This document shows positions 1 to 10,738 of a stretch of DNA of 64,000 nt, in pieces (within the stretch, counting starts at the first letter, position 1; each line of letters begins with the position of its first letter). The position numbers and the translations under genes were made by a program. Under the pieces are notes generated by a model. That model did no database searches and was not told where the DNA came from. It saw only the letters and a program-made list of their open reading frames with translations. The DNA is from an uncultured Methylomirabilota bacterium (GTDB taxonomy: Bacteria; Methylomirabilota; Methylomirabilia; Methylomirabilales; 2-02-FULL-66-22), in NCBI GenBank assembly GCA_963845565.1, contig CAWJSJ010000001.1, positions 480,001-544,000 of the forward strand. Direction: 5' to 3'.

Positions 1-1
1 C

Positions 2-358
2 GTGGGCAGCGTCGCGGGGCAGATCCTCGGGTATTCCGAAGCGGTCGGCGCGCACGACGTCCGGGATGCGGTCGAGGCATGTCTGCAGGACGCGGCGTTG
101 GCGCCGTCGCAGGTCCGATCGGTGCGCGTGGCGTCGGCGCTCGATCCCCGCGTGTTGGTCGAGTCGGTCTGCGGGGTGGGTGTCGATGCGCCGATGCGCC
201 GCTCTCCGTCCGCGCGGTGGTATTCCGCCTCGTTCCCTCTGGCCGTCGCGGAGGCCATCGGACAGGCAGCGGACGGACCGCGGGAGCCGACGCTGGTGGT
301 GGGATCGGACTGTCTGGTGGGGGCCGCGGCTGCTGTCGTGCGAGGGGGAGGATGTTGA
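2..358 (+). CDS. 5'-truncated ORF, probably the C-terminus of a beta-ketoacyl synthase/chain-length-factor-like protein
   Basis: Open from the window edge; stop overlaps the next start; sits at the head of a FAS II-type cluster; sequence signal is weak. Confidence 0.4.
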   Translation: MGSVAGQILGYSEAVGAHDVRDAVEACLQDAALAPSQVRSVRVASALDPRVLVESVCGVGVDAPMRRSPSARWYSASFPLAVAEAIGQAADGPREPTLVVGSDCLVGAAAAVVRGGGC

Positions 359-1668
359 CGTTCCATCCGGACATCTATCAACTGCCGGCCGCCGATATCG
401 CGCGCATTCAGGACACGCTCCTGCGGGAGGCGATCGAGCGGGCCGCGCGCACCTCTCCCTTTTATCGCGCGCGGTTTTCCGGGGGTGGACCGGACCCGGC
501 GGCGATCAGGTCGCGGGCCGATCTGACGCGGCTTCCTTTCACGTCCAAGGAGGACATCCAGGAACGCACGCCAGAGTTTTGGGCGGCACCGTGCGAGAGG
601 CTGACGGAGTTGGTGGCCACGACCGGGACGACCGGGGAGCCCATCTACGTCGCGATGACGGATCGAGACCTGGAACGCCTGGGAGAGAACGAGCGGCGGG
701 GGTTCACCTGGCTCGGCGCCAAGCCCGGCGACCGCTACCACATCGCCATTACTCTCGACAACCTCTTCGTGGCGGGATTGGCATATTACCTCGGTTTACA
801 CCGCGTGGGCGCCAGGGCGATGCGTGTCGGCGCGCAACCGGTCCGGCGGCATCTTGACCTCATGAAACAGTTGCGGCCCGACGGGATTGTGGCCGTCCCC
901 TCGTTGCTGCTCGCCCTGGCGAACCAGGCGCGCCGCGATGGCGATGATCTCGGCGCGTTCGCTCCCCGGAAAGCGATGCTGATCGGCGACGCCATCCGTG
1001 ACCGAGGCCTCGGCCCGAACGCGCTCGGCCGCGCCCTGGAGCGGGCATGGGGAGGGGAGCTGTTCTCGACCTACGGCCTCACCGAGGCGGGGCTGGCGTT
1101 CCACGAATGCCCGGTGCATCAGGGCCTTCATTCGCATCCGGATCTTGTGGTGGTGGAGATCGTGGACGACGCCGGCCGCACGGTGCCGGAGGGCGAGATC
1201 GGAGAACTGGTCATCACTTCCCTCCAGATGGAGGGGATGCCGCTCATCCGGTATCGCACGGGGGATGTCAGTTTCGTGGTGCCCGGCGCCTGCCCCTGCG
1301 GGAGAGGGGGCGATCGCATCGGCCCGATCCTGGGCCGGAAGCAGCACCGGTTGAAGGTGAAGGGGACCACGCTGTATCCGAAGACCATCGAGGACGCGCT
1401 GGTGGCGGTGGAGGGAGTCGAGAACTTCGTGATCGAGGCGCGGAACGGCGATGGCGAGACCGACGCCCTCCTCGTTCGCATTGGCGCCCTCCGCGACGAT
1501 CCCGGGTTTCGCCGGACGATCGGTGACGCGCTCTACGCCAAGGCCCGGGTGACGCCGGACATCGTGATCGCCGCTCCCGAGGCGATCGAGCGTCTGCTGT
1601 TCGAGGGCGGGCGGCGGAAACCACGGGTATTCGTCGACCTGCGAAAGACCGAGAGCACGTCGCGATGA
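352..1668 (+). CDS. Phenylacetate-CoA ligase family (ANL adenylate-forming) protein
   Basis: LPFTSKEDI, TTGTTGEP P-loop, STYGLTE, PLIRYRTGD and KVKGTTLYP motifs; GGGGAGG RBS before ATG 352. Confidence 0.9.
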   Translation: MLTFHPDIYQLPAADIARIQDTLLREAIERAARTSPFYRARFSGGGPDPAAIRSRADLTRLPFTSKEDIQERTPEFWAAPCERLTELVATTGTTGEPIYVAMTDRDLERLGENERRGFTWLGAKPGDRYHIAITLDNLFVAGLAYYLGLHRVGARAMRVGAQPVRRHLDLMKQLRPDGIVAVPSLLLALANQARRDGDDLGAFAPRKAMLIGDAIRDRGLGPNALGRALERAWGGELFSTYGLTEAGLAFHECPVHQGLHSHPDLVVVEIVDDAGRTVPEGEIGELVITSLQMEGMPLIRYRTGDVSFVVPGACPCGRGGDRIGPILGRKQHRLKVKGTTLYPKTIEDALVAVEGVENFVIEARNGDGETDALLVRIGALRDDPGFRRTIGDALYAKARVTPDIVIAAPEAIERLLFEGGRRKPRVFVDLRKTESTSR

Positions 1669-2735
1669 GCCACGAACTGGAATCGGACCTGGGATTCTCG
1701 CCGGCCGAGATCGCCGAATGCTTGGCCCGGGAGGGGCTGCTCTCTCTCGAATTGGAGTTCACCAAGAAGTGCAACCTGCGCTGCGTGTACTGCTACTCCG
1801 CTGCCGGGGAGGCCCTGGAGGGGGAGCTGTCGCTGGAGGAGATCCTCTCCGTCATCGAACAGGCCCGGGGGTTGGGAGCGCGAAAGGTCGTGCTTTTGGG
1901 CGGCGGGGAACCGTTCCTTTTCCCCCAGGTTGCGGAGATCGTCCGCCATATCCATTCCGTCGGTCTCTCGCAAGCCGTGTTCACGAACGGGATGCTGCTT
2001 GACGAGGAGATCTGCCGATTGCTTTTCGAATGCGGCGTGACGGTCGCGATCAAGCACAACAGCTTCCGGCCGGGGGTTCAGGACGATCTCGCCGGGGTGC
2101 CCGGCGCCCACCGATTGATCCGGCGTGGGTTGCGCCTTCTGATGGAAGCGGGATATCCAGCCGAAGGACGCTCCCTCTGCGTCCAGTCGATCATCTGTCC
2201 CCAAAACCGGGACGAGATCGAGGCGCTGTGGGTTTGGGCCCGGGAGCGCGGGATCACCCCGTATGTCGAGGTGCTGACCAACCAGGGGCGGGCGCGGCAG
2301 CATCCGGACCTTCACCTGTCCTCCGAGGAGCTCCATACCATCTTTCGCCGGCTCGCGGAGCTCGACCGGGAACGATTCGGCGCCCGATGGGTCCCACGGC
2401 CACCGATCGCGGGATTCACCTGCCGGCGCCATCTGTATAGCTGCCTGGTCAATTCGCAGGGGTGCGTGCAGCCGTGCATCGGTGTGGATCTGCCCGTCGG
2501 AAGTATCCGCGAGAAACCGTTGGCCGAGATCCTGCGAAGCAGTGCAGCCATCCGCGAGCTGCGCGGGATCTATCGGCGTATCGATCCTGCCTGCCGGGCG
2601 TGCGAGTTCGCCGGGGAATGCTACGGATGCCGGGGGAATGCCTTCCAAGCCACCGGCGACTATCTCGCCGCGGATCCGGATTGCTGGGTCACGCCCCGCC
2701 CTGAACCGGGACCGGCGCCTGACCGCACCGCGTGA
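1665..2735 (+). CDS. Radical SAM/SPASM domain protein
   Basis: CNLRCVYC, GGGEP, and C-terminal SPASM Cys motifs (C..VQPC..CRAC..CYGCRG..DPDC). Confidence 0.92.
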   Translation: MSHELESDLGFSPAEIAECLAREGLLSLELEFTKKCNLRCVYCYSAAGEALEGELSLEEILSVIEQARGLGARKVVLLGGGEPFLFPQVAEIVRHIHSVGLSQAVFTNGMLLDEEICRLLFECGVTVAIKHNSFRPGVQDDLAGVPGAHRLIRRGLRLLMEAGYPAEGRSLCVQSIICPQNRDEIEALWVWARERGITPYVEVLTNQGRARQHPDLHLSSEELHTIFRRLAELDRERFGARWVPRPPIAGFTCRRHLYSCLVNSQGCVQPCIGVDLPVGSIREKPLAEILRSSAAIRELRGIYRRIDPACRACEFAGECYGCRGNAFQATGDYLAADPDCWVTPRPEPGPAPDRTA

Positions 2736-2745
2736 AGGGATACCC

Positions 2746-4110
2746 ATGCGGATTCTTCTCGTCTCGGTGAATCGCGCGTTGGCGCCGTATGCCGTGGCGC
2801 CGTTGGGGGTCTCCTATGTCGCCGGCGCGGCCAGAGCGGAGGGGCACGACGTGGCGTTACTCGACCTCTGTTTCTCGCAGGATGTGGCGGAGGACATCGC
2901 TCGCGCGCTTCACCGGTCCACTCCGGAGCTGATCGGCGTGTCGATCCGGAACGTGGATAATCTGACCTTCCCTGCCTCGGTCTCCTATCTCGAGGAGATC
3001 CGGGCAGCCGTTGCCGCCCTGCGATCGCAGTCCCGCGCCCCAATGGTCCTCGGGGGCCCCGGCTTCTCCATCTTTCCTGAGCGGCTGCTGTCCTTGCTCG
3101 GGGTCGAGTTCGGTGTGATCGGGGAAGGGGAAGAGACCTTCTGTCTGCTGGCGCGGCATCTGGCCGAGGGCGGGGTTGTCCCCGAACTTCCGAACCTCCT
3201 GCGACGGGGCGGGGACGCGCGCCGTATTTCCAGAGTGGCGGCCCCCTTTGCCGGCAACGGGAGACCGGCCCGCGACCTGCTCGACAACCCGCGATATCTC
3301 ACGCTCGGTGGAATGGCGAACCTGCAAACCAAACGCGGTTGCCCGTTTCAGTGCACCTACTGTACGTATCCTCACATTCATGGCGAGTCCCTCCGGCTGC
3401 GTCCGCCCGCCGACGTGGTGGATGAGTTGGCGTCGATGGTCGAGGAGTCCGGCCTCGATGAGGTGTTTTTTGTGGATGACATCTTCACCTGGCCCCCGGA
3501 CCATGCCCTGGGGATCTGTGACGAGATCGCGCGTCGGAAGCTTCGGGTGGGGTGGACCTGCTTCGCGACGCCCCTCGGGATGACTCCGGATCTGGCCCGG
3601 GCGATGAAGCGCGCCGGTTGCCGCGGTGTGGAGTTCGGCACGGATACGGCATCGCCGCGCGTGTTGCGAGCCCTCGGCAAGCCGTTCCCCCAGGAGCAGA
3701 TCGGCGCGGCCTCCCGGGCGTGCCGAGAGGCCGACGTGCCCGATGCCCACTACCTGATCTTCGGGGGACCCAGGGAGAGCCCGGACACGATGGCGGAGAC
3801 GTTTGCCTTCTTCGACGAGATCGCGCCGCGAGCGGTCCTCGCGTTTCTCGGCATCCGGGTGTATCCGCACACCGGTCTTCACGAGATGGCGGTGTCCGAC
3901 GGCGTCGTCGACGCGAGCGATGATCTGCTTGCGCCCCGATTCTACGTCTCTCCGGAGATCGGGGCGGACGCGTTGCAGGCCGCGGTCGATTCGCATGCCG
4001 CGGGCCGCCCGAACTGGGTTGTGCCCGGGTTGGGCGTCCGGTCGGACCCGGCACTCCTCGCGGCGCTACGGCGGATGGGATGCCGCGGTCCGCTGTGGAA
4101 CCTGTTGTGA
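2746..4110 (+). CDS. B12-binding radical SAM protein (lipid-biosynthesis-associated type)
   Basis: N-terminal cobalamin-binding domain (PLGVSYVA..GVSIRNVDN..VLGGPG); QTKRGCPFQCTYC; C-terminal GPLW end. Confidence 0.88.
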   Translation: MRILLVSVNRALAPYAVAPLGVSYVAGAARAEGHDVALLDLCFSQDVAEDIARALHRSTPELIGVSIRNVDNLTFPASVSYLEEIRAAVAALRSQSRAPMVLGGPGFSIFPERLLSLLGVEFGVIGEGEETFCLLARHLAEGGVVPELPNLLRRGGDARRISRVAAPFAGNGRPARDLLDNPRYLTLGGMANLQTKRGCPFQCTYCTYPHIHGESLRLRPPADVVDELASMVEESGLDEVFFVDDIFTWPPDHALGICDEIARRKLRVGWTCFATPLGMTPDLARAMKRAGCRGVEFGTDTASPRVLRALGKPFPQEQIGAASRACREADVPDAHYLIFGGPRESPDTMAETFAFFDEIAPRAVLAFLGIRVYPHTGLHEMAVSDGVVDASDDLLAPRFYVSPEIGADALQAAVDSHAAGRPNWVVPGLGVRSDPALLAALRRMGCRGPLWNLL

Positions 4111-4195
4111 CGCCCACCACTCGGGACGCTCCTGCAGGGCAGATCGGCGGGTGTCGCCCGGGACGGGAGCCCGTCAGGGAAAGGCAGGCGGGGAG

Positions 4196-4924
4196 ATGGG
4201 GCAGGTAGTGCTGGTCACCGGCGGAAGCCGCGGGATCGGGCGCAGCGTTGTGTTGGCCTTCGCCGACCCCGGCGCGTTCGTCGGTATCAATTACCGGCGT
4301 GAGGCGGACGCCGCCGCGGAGGCTCTGGCAGAGGTCCGGCGTCGGGGTGCCGACGGGATGACGTTGCAGGCGGATGTCACCGATCTGAGTCAAGTCCGCT
4401 CGATGGTCGGCGCGTTGGCTGCCCGCTGCGGCGGGATCGACGTCCTGGTCAACAACGCGGGGGTCAACCGGGACGGCCTCCTTGCCATGATGGACCCTCA
4501 GGATTGGGATACGGTCCTCGATCTCAATTTGAAAGGCGTGTTCCACTGCTGTAAGGTCGTCGGGCGCGTCCTGATGACGCAACGGCGCGGCGCGATCGTG
4601 AACGTGTCCTCGCTGAGCGGGATCATCGGTTTACCGGGGCAAACCAACTACGCCGCCGCCAAGGGGGGCGTGAACGCCTTGACGCGGGCCCTGGCGCAGG
4701 AAATGGGGCGGTTCGGGGTTCGCGTGAATGCCGTCGCCCCCGGTCTGGTGGACGGCGAGATGACGGCGAGGATTCCTGCCGCTCAGCGTGCGCGGTTGAT
4801 GGCCGGCATTCCGATGGGTCGAATGGCGACCCCGGAGGAGGTTGCCGCCGTGGTCAGATTCCTTGCCTCCGATGCCGCATCCTACATCACGGGACAAGTC
4901 CTTCCGGTGACCGGTGGAATCTGA
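4196..4924 (+). CDS. fabG: 3-oxoacyl-ACP reductase
   Basis: TGGSRGIG, NNAG, YAAAK and NAVAPG SDR motifs. Confidence 0.9.
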   Translation: MGQVVLVTGGSRGIGRSVVLAFADPGAFVGINYRREADAAAEALAEVRRRGADGMTLQADVTDLSQVRSMVGALAARCGGIDVLVNNAGVNRDGLLAMMDPQDWDTVLDLNLKGVFHCCKVVGRVLMTQRRGAIVNVSSLSGIIGLPGQTNYAAAKGGVNALTRALAQEMGRFGVRVNAVAPGLVDGEMTARIPAAQRARLMAGIPMGRMATPEEVAAVVRFLASDAASYITGQVLPVTGGI

Positions 4925-5017
4925 CCCGATCGCGCACACGTCCCGCGCGAACGGGCGCGCACCTGCACACGCCGGGCGACGGATGCGCCGCAGCAACATT
5001 TCCCCTGCAAAACAACT

Positions 5018-5046
5018 TTGACGGTCTGCTCGGGCCTTGGTATTCT
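5018..5046 (+). promoter_or_regulatory. Sigma70-type promoter internal to the lipid cluster, upstream of ACP
   Basis: TTGACG-17 nt-TATTCT with extended -10 TG. Confidence 0.6.
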
Positions 5047-5172
5047 CACCCGTCATGCGGCGCCACGCAGGGGGCGCAGCCGAGCCGAGTGCCTCGCGCG
5101 AAGAGGTGTGCGGCCACCTCATACGGTCGCGTGTCGCCTTCCACCGCGTTGTCCCATCGGAGTGTCTGGCGT

Positions 5173-5430
5173 ATGAATGAGATTGTGCAGCGGGTCAGGG
5201 CATTGCTTTCGACGCGACTCAAATTGGCGACGGCGGTCGCGGGGATCACCGACGATACGCCGCTCTTCGGCCCGACCGGTCTTGGGCTCGACTCGATCGA
5301 TGCGCTGGAGTTGGTTTTGGGCCTGGAGAAGGAATTCGGGGTCGTCGTGGAGGATCGGGCGACGGCCGTCACGGTCCTGGCCTCCATCCGGACGATCGCG
5401 GAGCATATTCAGTCGCAGGGAAAGGGTTGA
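5173..5430 (+). CDS. Acyl carrier protein
   Basis: GLGLDSIDALEL phosphopantetheine attachment motif; 85 aa. Confidence 0.92.
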   Translation: MNEIVQRVRALLSTRLKLATAVAGITDDTPLFGPTGLGLDSIDALELVLGLEKEFGVVVEDRATAVTVLASIRTIAEHIQSQGKG

Positions 5431-5434
5431 GCGT

Positions 5435-5860
5435 ATGGTCGGAGATCCCGCCTCGTTTCTTCCTCATGGCCTCTCGTTCCGGTTCGTCGATCGGGTCCTG
5501 GAACTCGTTCCGGGAGAGCGGGTCGTCGCGCTGAAGAATGTGACCGCGAACGATCCGCATCTGCAGGATCATTTCCCCGGACATCCGCTCATGCCGGGCG
5601 TGCTCTTGGTGGAGTCCATGGCGCAGACCGCCGGACTGCTCCTGCCGGAAGGCTCCTCCGCCTTTCTGGCGCAGATCAAGGAGGCGCGTTTTCGCGCGCC
5701 GGTGATTCCCGGCGATCAGCTTCGGATTGAAGCCGTCCGCCGCGGCGGCCTGAGCGATCTGCACCGCTTCGAGGTCGCGGCCTTGGTCAACGGCACTCCG
5801 GCCGCGGAGGCAGAGATCGTGCTGGCGGTCGTGAGGGCGAACGCGGGGGGCCGGCCGTGA
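5435..5860 (+). CDS. fabZ: 3-hydroxyacyl-ACP dehydratase (FabZ family)
   Basis: LPH..F.FVDRV, HFPGHPLMPGVLLVESMAQ and F.APV.PGD motifs. Confidence 0.9.
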   Translation: MVGDPASFLPHGLSFRFVDRVLELVPGERVVALKNVTANDPHLQDHFPGHPLMPGVLLVESMAQTAGLLLPEGSSAFLAQIKEARFRAPVIPGDQLRIEAVRRGGLSDLHRFEVAALVNGTPAAEAEIVLAVVRANAGGRP

Positions 5861-6786
5861 CCGTTCGCGAGACGCGCGAGGGGTGCGCTACCGCCACGCT
5901 TGGCGACGCGTCGAGTTGGCGCGGTACGACCGCCGTTCTGGGCAGCGAGACTGTGGCCTGCAATCTGTGCGGGACAGCGGACGCCGCCCCGGTGGTGGGC
6001 GGGGCATTCGCGATGGTGCGATGCCGCACCTGCGGACTGGTCTATCTGAATCCACGGCCGACGCCCGATGTCTTGCTGGCCTTGTACGTGGACTACCATG
6101 CCCGGTTCGGCCAGAACGAGACGGTCTGGGATCGTTTGATGAATCGGATCTTCCGCGAGGCGGAGGATCTACTCTGCGCGTCGGTCCGCGGCCCGGGACC
6201 GCAGCGTCTTCTGGATGTGGGATGCGGGTTCGGTGGGTTCGTCGCCGCGATGCGGCGCCGGGGGTGGGACGTCGAGGGGTTGGATCCTTCTCCGACGGCA
6301 GTGGCGGCCGCCAGGGCGATGGAGCGTCCGGTCCGTCTGGGGACCCTGGACGCACTCCAGGGTGAACGCGGGAAATATGATGCCATCACCATGTTCTATG
6401 TGCTCGAACACCTCCCCGATCCCATGGGGGCGCTCCGCACAGCCTGGAGCCTGCTTGGACCCGGGGGAATCCTGTTGCTTCGGGTCCCGCACACCACGCC
6501 CATCGTCCGCCTGCTGGCGCCCTTCGGCGCGGGCGGATCGCTCTACGATCCGCCGTTTCACCTGTACGATTTTTCTCCGACGGTCCTCCGGGAGATGGTC
6601 GCGCGCGCGGGGTTTGATGATATCCGGACGTTCCCGGGACGGCCGACCGTCCCATCCCGGCCGGGGGCCCGCGCCGCCGCGGCGTGTTTCGGGGCGCTGG
6701 CCGCAACGCTCCACAGGCTGACGCGAGGCGCGGTGCTCCTGCCGGGGGTGAGCAAGACCACGATCGCCCGGAAACCATCAAACTGA
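5857..6786 (+). CDS. Class I SAM-dependent methyltransferase with N-terminal Zn ribbon
   Basis: CNLC..CRTC; LLDVGCGFG; VLEHLPDP. Confidence 0.88.
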   Translation: MTVRETREGCATATLGDASSWRGTTAVLGSETVACNLCGTADAAPVVGGAFAMVRCRTCGLVYLNPRPTPDVLLALYVDYHARFGQNETVWDRLMNRIFREAEDLLCASVRGPGPQRLLDVGCGFGGFVAAMRRRGWDVEGLDPSPTAVAAARAMERPVRLGTLDALQGERGKYDAITMFYVLEHLPDPMGALRTAWSLLGPGGILLLRVPHTTPIVRLLAPFGAGGSLYDPPFHLYDFSPTVLREMVARAGFDDIRTFPGRPTVPSRPGARAAAACFGALAATLHRLTRGAVLLPGVSKTTIARKPSN

Positions 6787-9296
6787 TGCTGGAATCCTGG
6801 CTCCGCCGATTGGCCCGAACCATAGACGCCAACCCGCGTCGCATCGCCATCGCCTGCCTGCTCGCGGCTCTCCTGGCCGCCGCCGTTGTCGTACGGATTC
6901 CCGTCACGACCGAACTGCTGGATGTCATGCCGGGCCGGGCCCCCGCGATCGTGGCGTTCACGGATTTCCTGCGGGACTTCGGGGTCCTGAATGGGCTGGT
7001 CATCGTGGTGGAAACCCAAGAAACGTCGGCCGAGACGCTCCTGGCCGTGGTTGAGTCGCTGGGCGAGCGATTGTCCGCCTCCGCGGCGGTGGCGTCGGTG
7101 GACTACAACGCGTTGCGGTCCGGTTTCCGGTTTGTCGCCGAGCATTTTCCTGTGTACCTGGACGACGGCGCGGTTGCCCGGCTTTCGCGCCGGCTGACCC
7201 CGGGGGGAATTCAGGCCCAGATCACGCGGAACCGGGAGGCATTGTTGTCTCCCGTGGCGTTTCCCTTCGAGGCCGAGGCGATCGGGAAAGATCCGCTGGA
7301 CATCCGGGCCTTGGTGCGGGACAGCCTCGTGACGCGGGTCTCCACCGGGGCGCTCGACCTGTCCACGGGCTATTACCTCGATCGCTCCCACCGTTTGGCG
7401 CTGTTGATGGTGCGGCCCCGCGGTTCGACCCGAGATCTATCCTTCGTCCGGAGCTTAGAGGAGGAGGTGCGCCGCATCGCGGCGGAGGTGATTGCGGCGG
7501 AAGGCGATCCGCGGACGATCCGGGTCGGCTTGGCAGGGGGGTATGCCCGCGCCGCCGAGGCGGTGGCGGTGATCTGGCAGGACATGCTGCTCTCCTTCGG
7601 CGTGTCGCTGGTCCTGGTGGTCTTTCTCCTGTGGGCGGCGTTCCGTCCGTCAATCATCGTGATCGGGGTTTTCGTCGCGACGCTGTTCGCGGCGCTCGCC
7701 TGGACCCTGTGGTTGGCGTACCTGCTGTACGGTACCCTCAATATCGTGACCAGCATCGTGGCGGCCATGCTGGTCGGGTTATTCGTGGACTACAATATCC
7801 ACGTCTACCAGCGGTTCCGGGAGTCCTTCCGGGCGAACGGGAGGACGGCGCAGGCCCTGGAGACGACGCTCACCGGAACAGGGAAGGCGATTCTCAGCGG
7901 GGCGCTCACCACGGCGTTGTCCTTTTTTTCTGTGGTCGTTACCAGCTTTCGCGGGATGCACGAATTGGGGGTCGTGGCGGGGTGTGGGGTGCTCGTGTGT
8001 CTGCTGGCGACTCTCGTGTTCATGACTGCGCTCCTCACCTGGCTTGCTCAGAGCCGGCCGACGCGGCTCCTGGCGGGCCGGCCGGTCGATCTCGGGGCGG
8101 GCTGGGCGGCACGCCTCGTCGCTCGGCGTGGGGGGGCGCTCACCATCGGGTTCGTGCTGCTGGTGGCGATCGCCGTCTGGGGCGCGACGCTGGTTCGGTT
8201 CGATGCGAGCCTCGAATCACTCGGGCTGCGAGACAGCGCGGTACAGGCGGTGGAGGAGACGCTCCAGCGAGTGCTCGGCCGGAGCGGCGAGCCGCTCTTT
8301 GTCGTCGTGCGAGGCGCCAACGATGGGCAGATCGCACGGGATTTCGATGCGCTGGACCGGCAGGGCGCACGCTGGCGCGCCCAGGGCACGATCGGCGGTT
8401 TCGCGTCGGCGGGGCTGCTGTTGCCGCCGCCGTCTCGACAGCGGCAGACCCTGGCGCGCCTGGCCGCCGAGGGGCTCCCGGGGCGGTTCGACGGACCTGG
8501 ACTGGCCAAGCTCGTCCGGACTGAGATGGGCCGGCAGGGTATGGTCGCGGACGCCGCCCTCGATGGCTACGCGGCGGGAATCGTCCGGGCGCTATCCGCC
8601 GGCGAGGTGGTCGGCCTGGCGGAACTCGCCCGGACGCAGGACCCCCGTGCCGCCTATTACTACCATCACGACCGACGGGCCCTGGCGGCACACCTGACGC
8701 CGCCGGGTTCGGGCTGGGACCGGGCCACACTCTCGGCACTCGAAGCGGACGTGCGCCTGCTCGGAGCAGGGTTTCGCCTGGTCGGCCCGGCCGTTTTCTT
8801 GGAGCAGATCCGGGCGACGATCCTGTGGGAGGCAGGACTGGCGGTGGTGCTCTCCTTTGCTGCGAACCTGTGCATCGTCCGGTTCCACTTCCAGAACTGG
8901 CGCCGTGTGTGGCTGGTCATGGTCCCGGTCACGGTCGGGGCGATTCTGACGGTGGGGAGCATGGGGGTGTTGGGGATGCGGTTCAATTTCTTCAACGTGG
9001 CAGGCATCGCCCTGATCTTCGGATTCGGCGTGGACTACGGGATCTACCTGATGCAAGCGCACGTGGAAGGGAACTCCGCGTGCGGCGCCGACGCGGTGCG
9101 ATCGGTCGGAGGGGGTGTGATCCTGTGCGCCGTCACGACGCTGGCAAGCTGCGGGAGCCTGATCACCACGCACTATCGGGGCCTCGCGTCCATCGGGGCG
9201 GTCCTGTGCCTGGGCACGCTGTTCTGCCTGGCGACCACGCTGCTGCTCCTGCCTCCCCTGATGGGGCGCTTCGGGAAGACGGGCATTCGGCCGTGA
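6786..9296 (+). CDS. MMPL/RND-family lipid exporter
   Basis: Two repeats of a periplasmic domain plus TM bundle; GLFVDYNIH and GFGVDYGIY motifs. Confidence 0.88.
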   Translation: MLESWLRRLARTIDANPRRIAIACLLAALLAAAVVVRIPVTTELLDVMPGRAPAIVAFTDFLRDFGVLNGLVIVVETQETSAETLLAVVESLGERLSASAAVASVDYNALRSGFRFVAEHFPVYLDDGAVARLSRRLTPGGIQAQITRNREALLSPVAFPFEAEAIGKDPLDIRALVRDSLVTRVSTGALDLSTGYYLDRSHRLALLMVRPRGSTRDLSFVRSLEEEVRRIAAEVIAAEGDPRTIRVGLAGGYARAAEAVAVIWQDMLLSFGVSLVLVVFLLWAAFRPSIIVIGVFVATLFAALAWTLWLAYLLYGTLNIVTSIVAAMLVGLFVDYNIHVYQRFRESFRANGRTAQALETTLTGTGKAILSGALTTALSFFSVVVTSFRGMHELGVVAGCGVLVCLLATLVFMTALLTWLAQSRPTRLLAGRPVDLGAGWAARLVARRGGALTIGFVLLVAIAVWGATLVRFDASLESLGLRDSAVQAVEETLQRVLGRSGEPLFVVVRGANDGQIARDFDALDRQGARWRAQGTIGGFASAGLLLPPPSRQRQTLARLAAEGLPGRFDGPGLAKLVRTEMGRQGMVADAALDGYAAGIVRALSAGEVVGLAELARTQDPRAAYYYHHDRRALAAHLTPPGSGWDRATLSALEADVRLLGAGFRLVGPAVFLEQIRATILWEAGLAVVLSFAANLCIVRFHFQNWRRVWLVMVPVTVGAILTVGSMGVLGMRFNFFNVAGIALIFGFGVDYGIYLMQAHVEGNSACGADAVRSVGGGVILCAVTTLASCGSLITTHYRGLASIGAVLCLGTLFCLATTLLLLPPLMGRFGKTGIRP

Positions 9297-10738
9297 AGTG
9301 GGATGCCGTGGTCGTCGGGTCCGGAATCGGCGGGCTGGCCTGTGCCGGCATGCTGGCGGCGCAGGGCGCCAAGGTGGCCGTACTGGAGCAGGCGACGGCT
9401 CCCGGTGGCTACCTGACCTCCTTTCGTCGAGGCGGCTTCACTTTCGACACCGCGGTGGACTGCATTGCCGGCCTCGATCCGGACGGCTTACTGACGTGGC
9501 TCCTGCGCGCGTTGGGGGTGGACGGCCGCTTGACCCGAATCCGTCTGGACCCCATCCGGGTGAGCAGATTTCCCGGTGTGACCATCCCGGTGGATGCGAG
9601 CTTGCCGGCCTACATCGACCGATTGTCCTGCCGCTTCCCCTCCGAGCGACACGGCATCGCGGCGTTCTTCCGGCGCGCCGGGGAGATCTATGACGGGGTG
9701 GAAGCCATGATGAACTCGGTCAAAACGGGGAGAGCGCACGCCGATGCGTTTCCCGCGGCGCTGCTGCGCTACGGCCACCTGACCTACGGGGACTTGCTGC
9801 GTCACGATATCCGAGACGCCCAGCTCTCCGCCATCCTGTCCGATCGCTGCCCCTTTCTCGGCTCACCCCCGGTCCGCGTGTCTGCGACCCGGATGATCGC
9901 CCTGGTGATGAGCTATTTCCGGTCCGGCGCCTACCGGCCGGCGGGTGGCCATCAGCGGCTTCCCGACCTCCTGGTGGAGGGCATCCGGCGCGCCGGATGC
10001 GAGGTCTGGCTTGGGCGCCCCGCCAGGCGGATCCTCCTGGAAGGCGGGCGGTGTACCCGCGTCCTGGCCGACGACGGTGCGGAGTTTCCCGCCAGGCACG
10101 TCGTGTCGAACGCCGACTTCCGGGAAACCTTCGGACGTCTGATCGGGGGGGCCGTGGGCGGAGCCGTCCTCGCGGGTGCTCGCGAGCGACCGCTCTCGCC
10201 GTCGTTCTTTGTTGCGTATGCGGGAGTCCGCAAGGATACCGGGCGGCACGGCGCCTCGAGCATCGGATCCTTCGGAGACTTCGATCTGGATGCGTTTCTG
10301 GACCGGTATATGCCCTTCTCGGACGCGGATGCGCTCGGCGTGACCATCCCCACAGTGGAGGACCCCAGTCTGGCCCCCCCGGGACACGATGTCGTGGTGG
10401 TCCACGAACTCATCCCCAACGGCTACCCGTGTGATTGGACCCGAGCGAAGAGTGCCCGCCTGGACCACGTGCTCCGCAAGGCCGAGCGGGTTCTGCCGGG
10501 ATTGACGGAACGGGTGGTCTCCCGTGACGCTGCTACCCCCTCGACACTGGAGCGGTACACCCGGAATGCGGGGGGTGCCGCGTATGGTTGGGACCAAACC
10601 CCGCACCCGTTCCGGGTCCGCCATGGGATCGACAATTTGCATCTGGCTGGGCACTGGGCGGAAGCCGGCGGCGGCGTCCTGGCCGCCGCCTACGCCGGGA
10701 TGCGGGTTGCCGCCAGGATCATCGAGGCCGGCGCATGA
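9293..10738 (+). CDS. Phytoene desaturase-like FAD-dependent oxidoreductase
   Basis: VVGSGIGGL FAD motif; GGY..SF.R.GF.FD; ATP.TLERYT.N.GGAAYG; LHLAGHW. Confidence 0.85.
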   Translation: MKWDAVVVGSGIGGLACAGMLAAQGAKVAVLEQATAPGGYLTSFRRGGFTFDTAVDCIAGLDPDGLLTWLLRALGVDGRLTRIRLDPIRVSRFPGVTIPVDASLPAYIDRLSCRFPSERHGIAAFFRRAGEIYDGVEAMMNSVKTGRAHADAFPAALLRYGHLTYGDLLRHDIRDAQLSAILSDRCPFLGSPPVRVSATRMIALVMSYFRSGAYRPAGGHQRLPDLLVEGIRRAGCEVWLGRPARRILLEGGRCTRVLADDGAEFPARHVVSNADFRETFGRLIGGAVGGAVLAGARERPLSPSFFVAYAGVRKDTGRHGASSIGSFGDFDLDAFLDRYMPFSDADALGVTIPTVEDPSLAPPGHDVVVVHELIPNGYPCDWTRAKSARLDHVLRKAERVLPGLTERVVSRDAATPSTLERYTRNAGGAAYGWDQTPHPFRVRHGIDNLHLAGHWAEAGGGVLAAAYAGMRVAARIIEAGA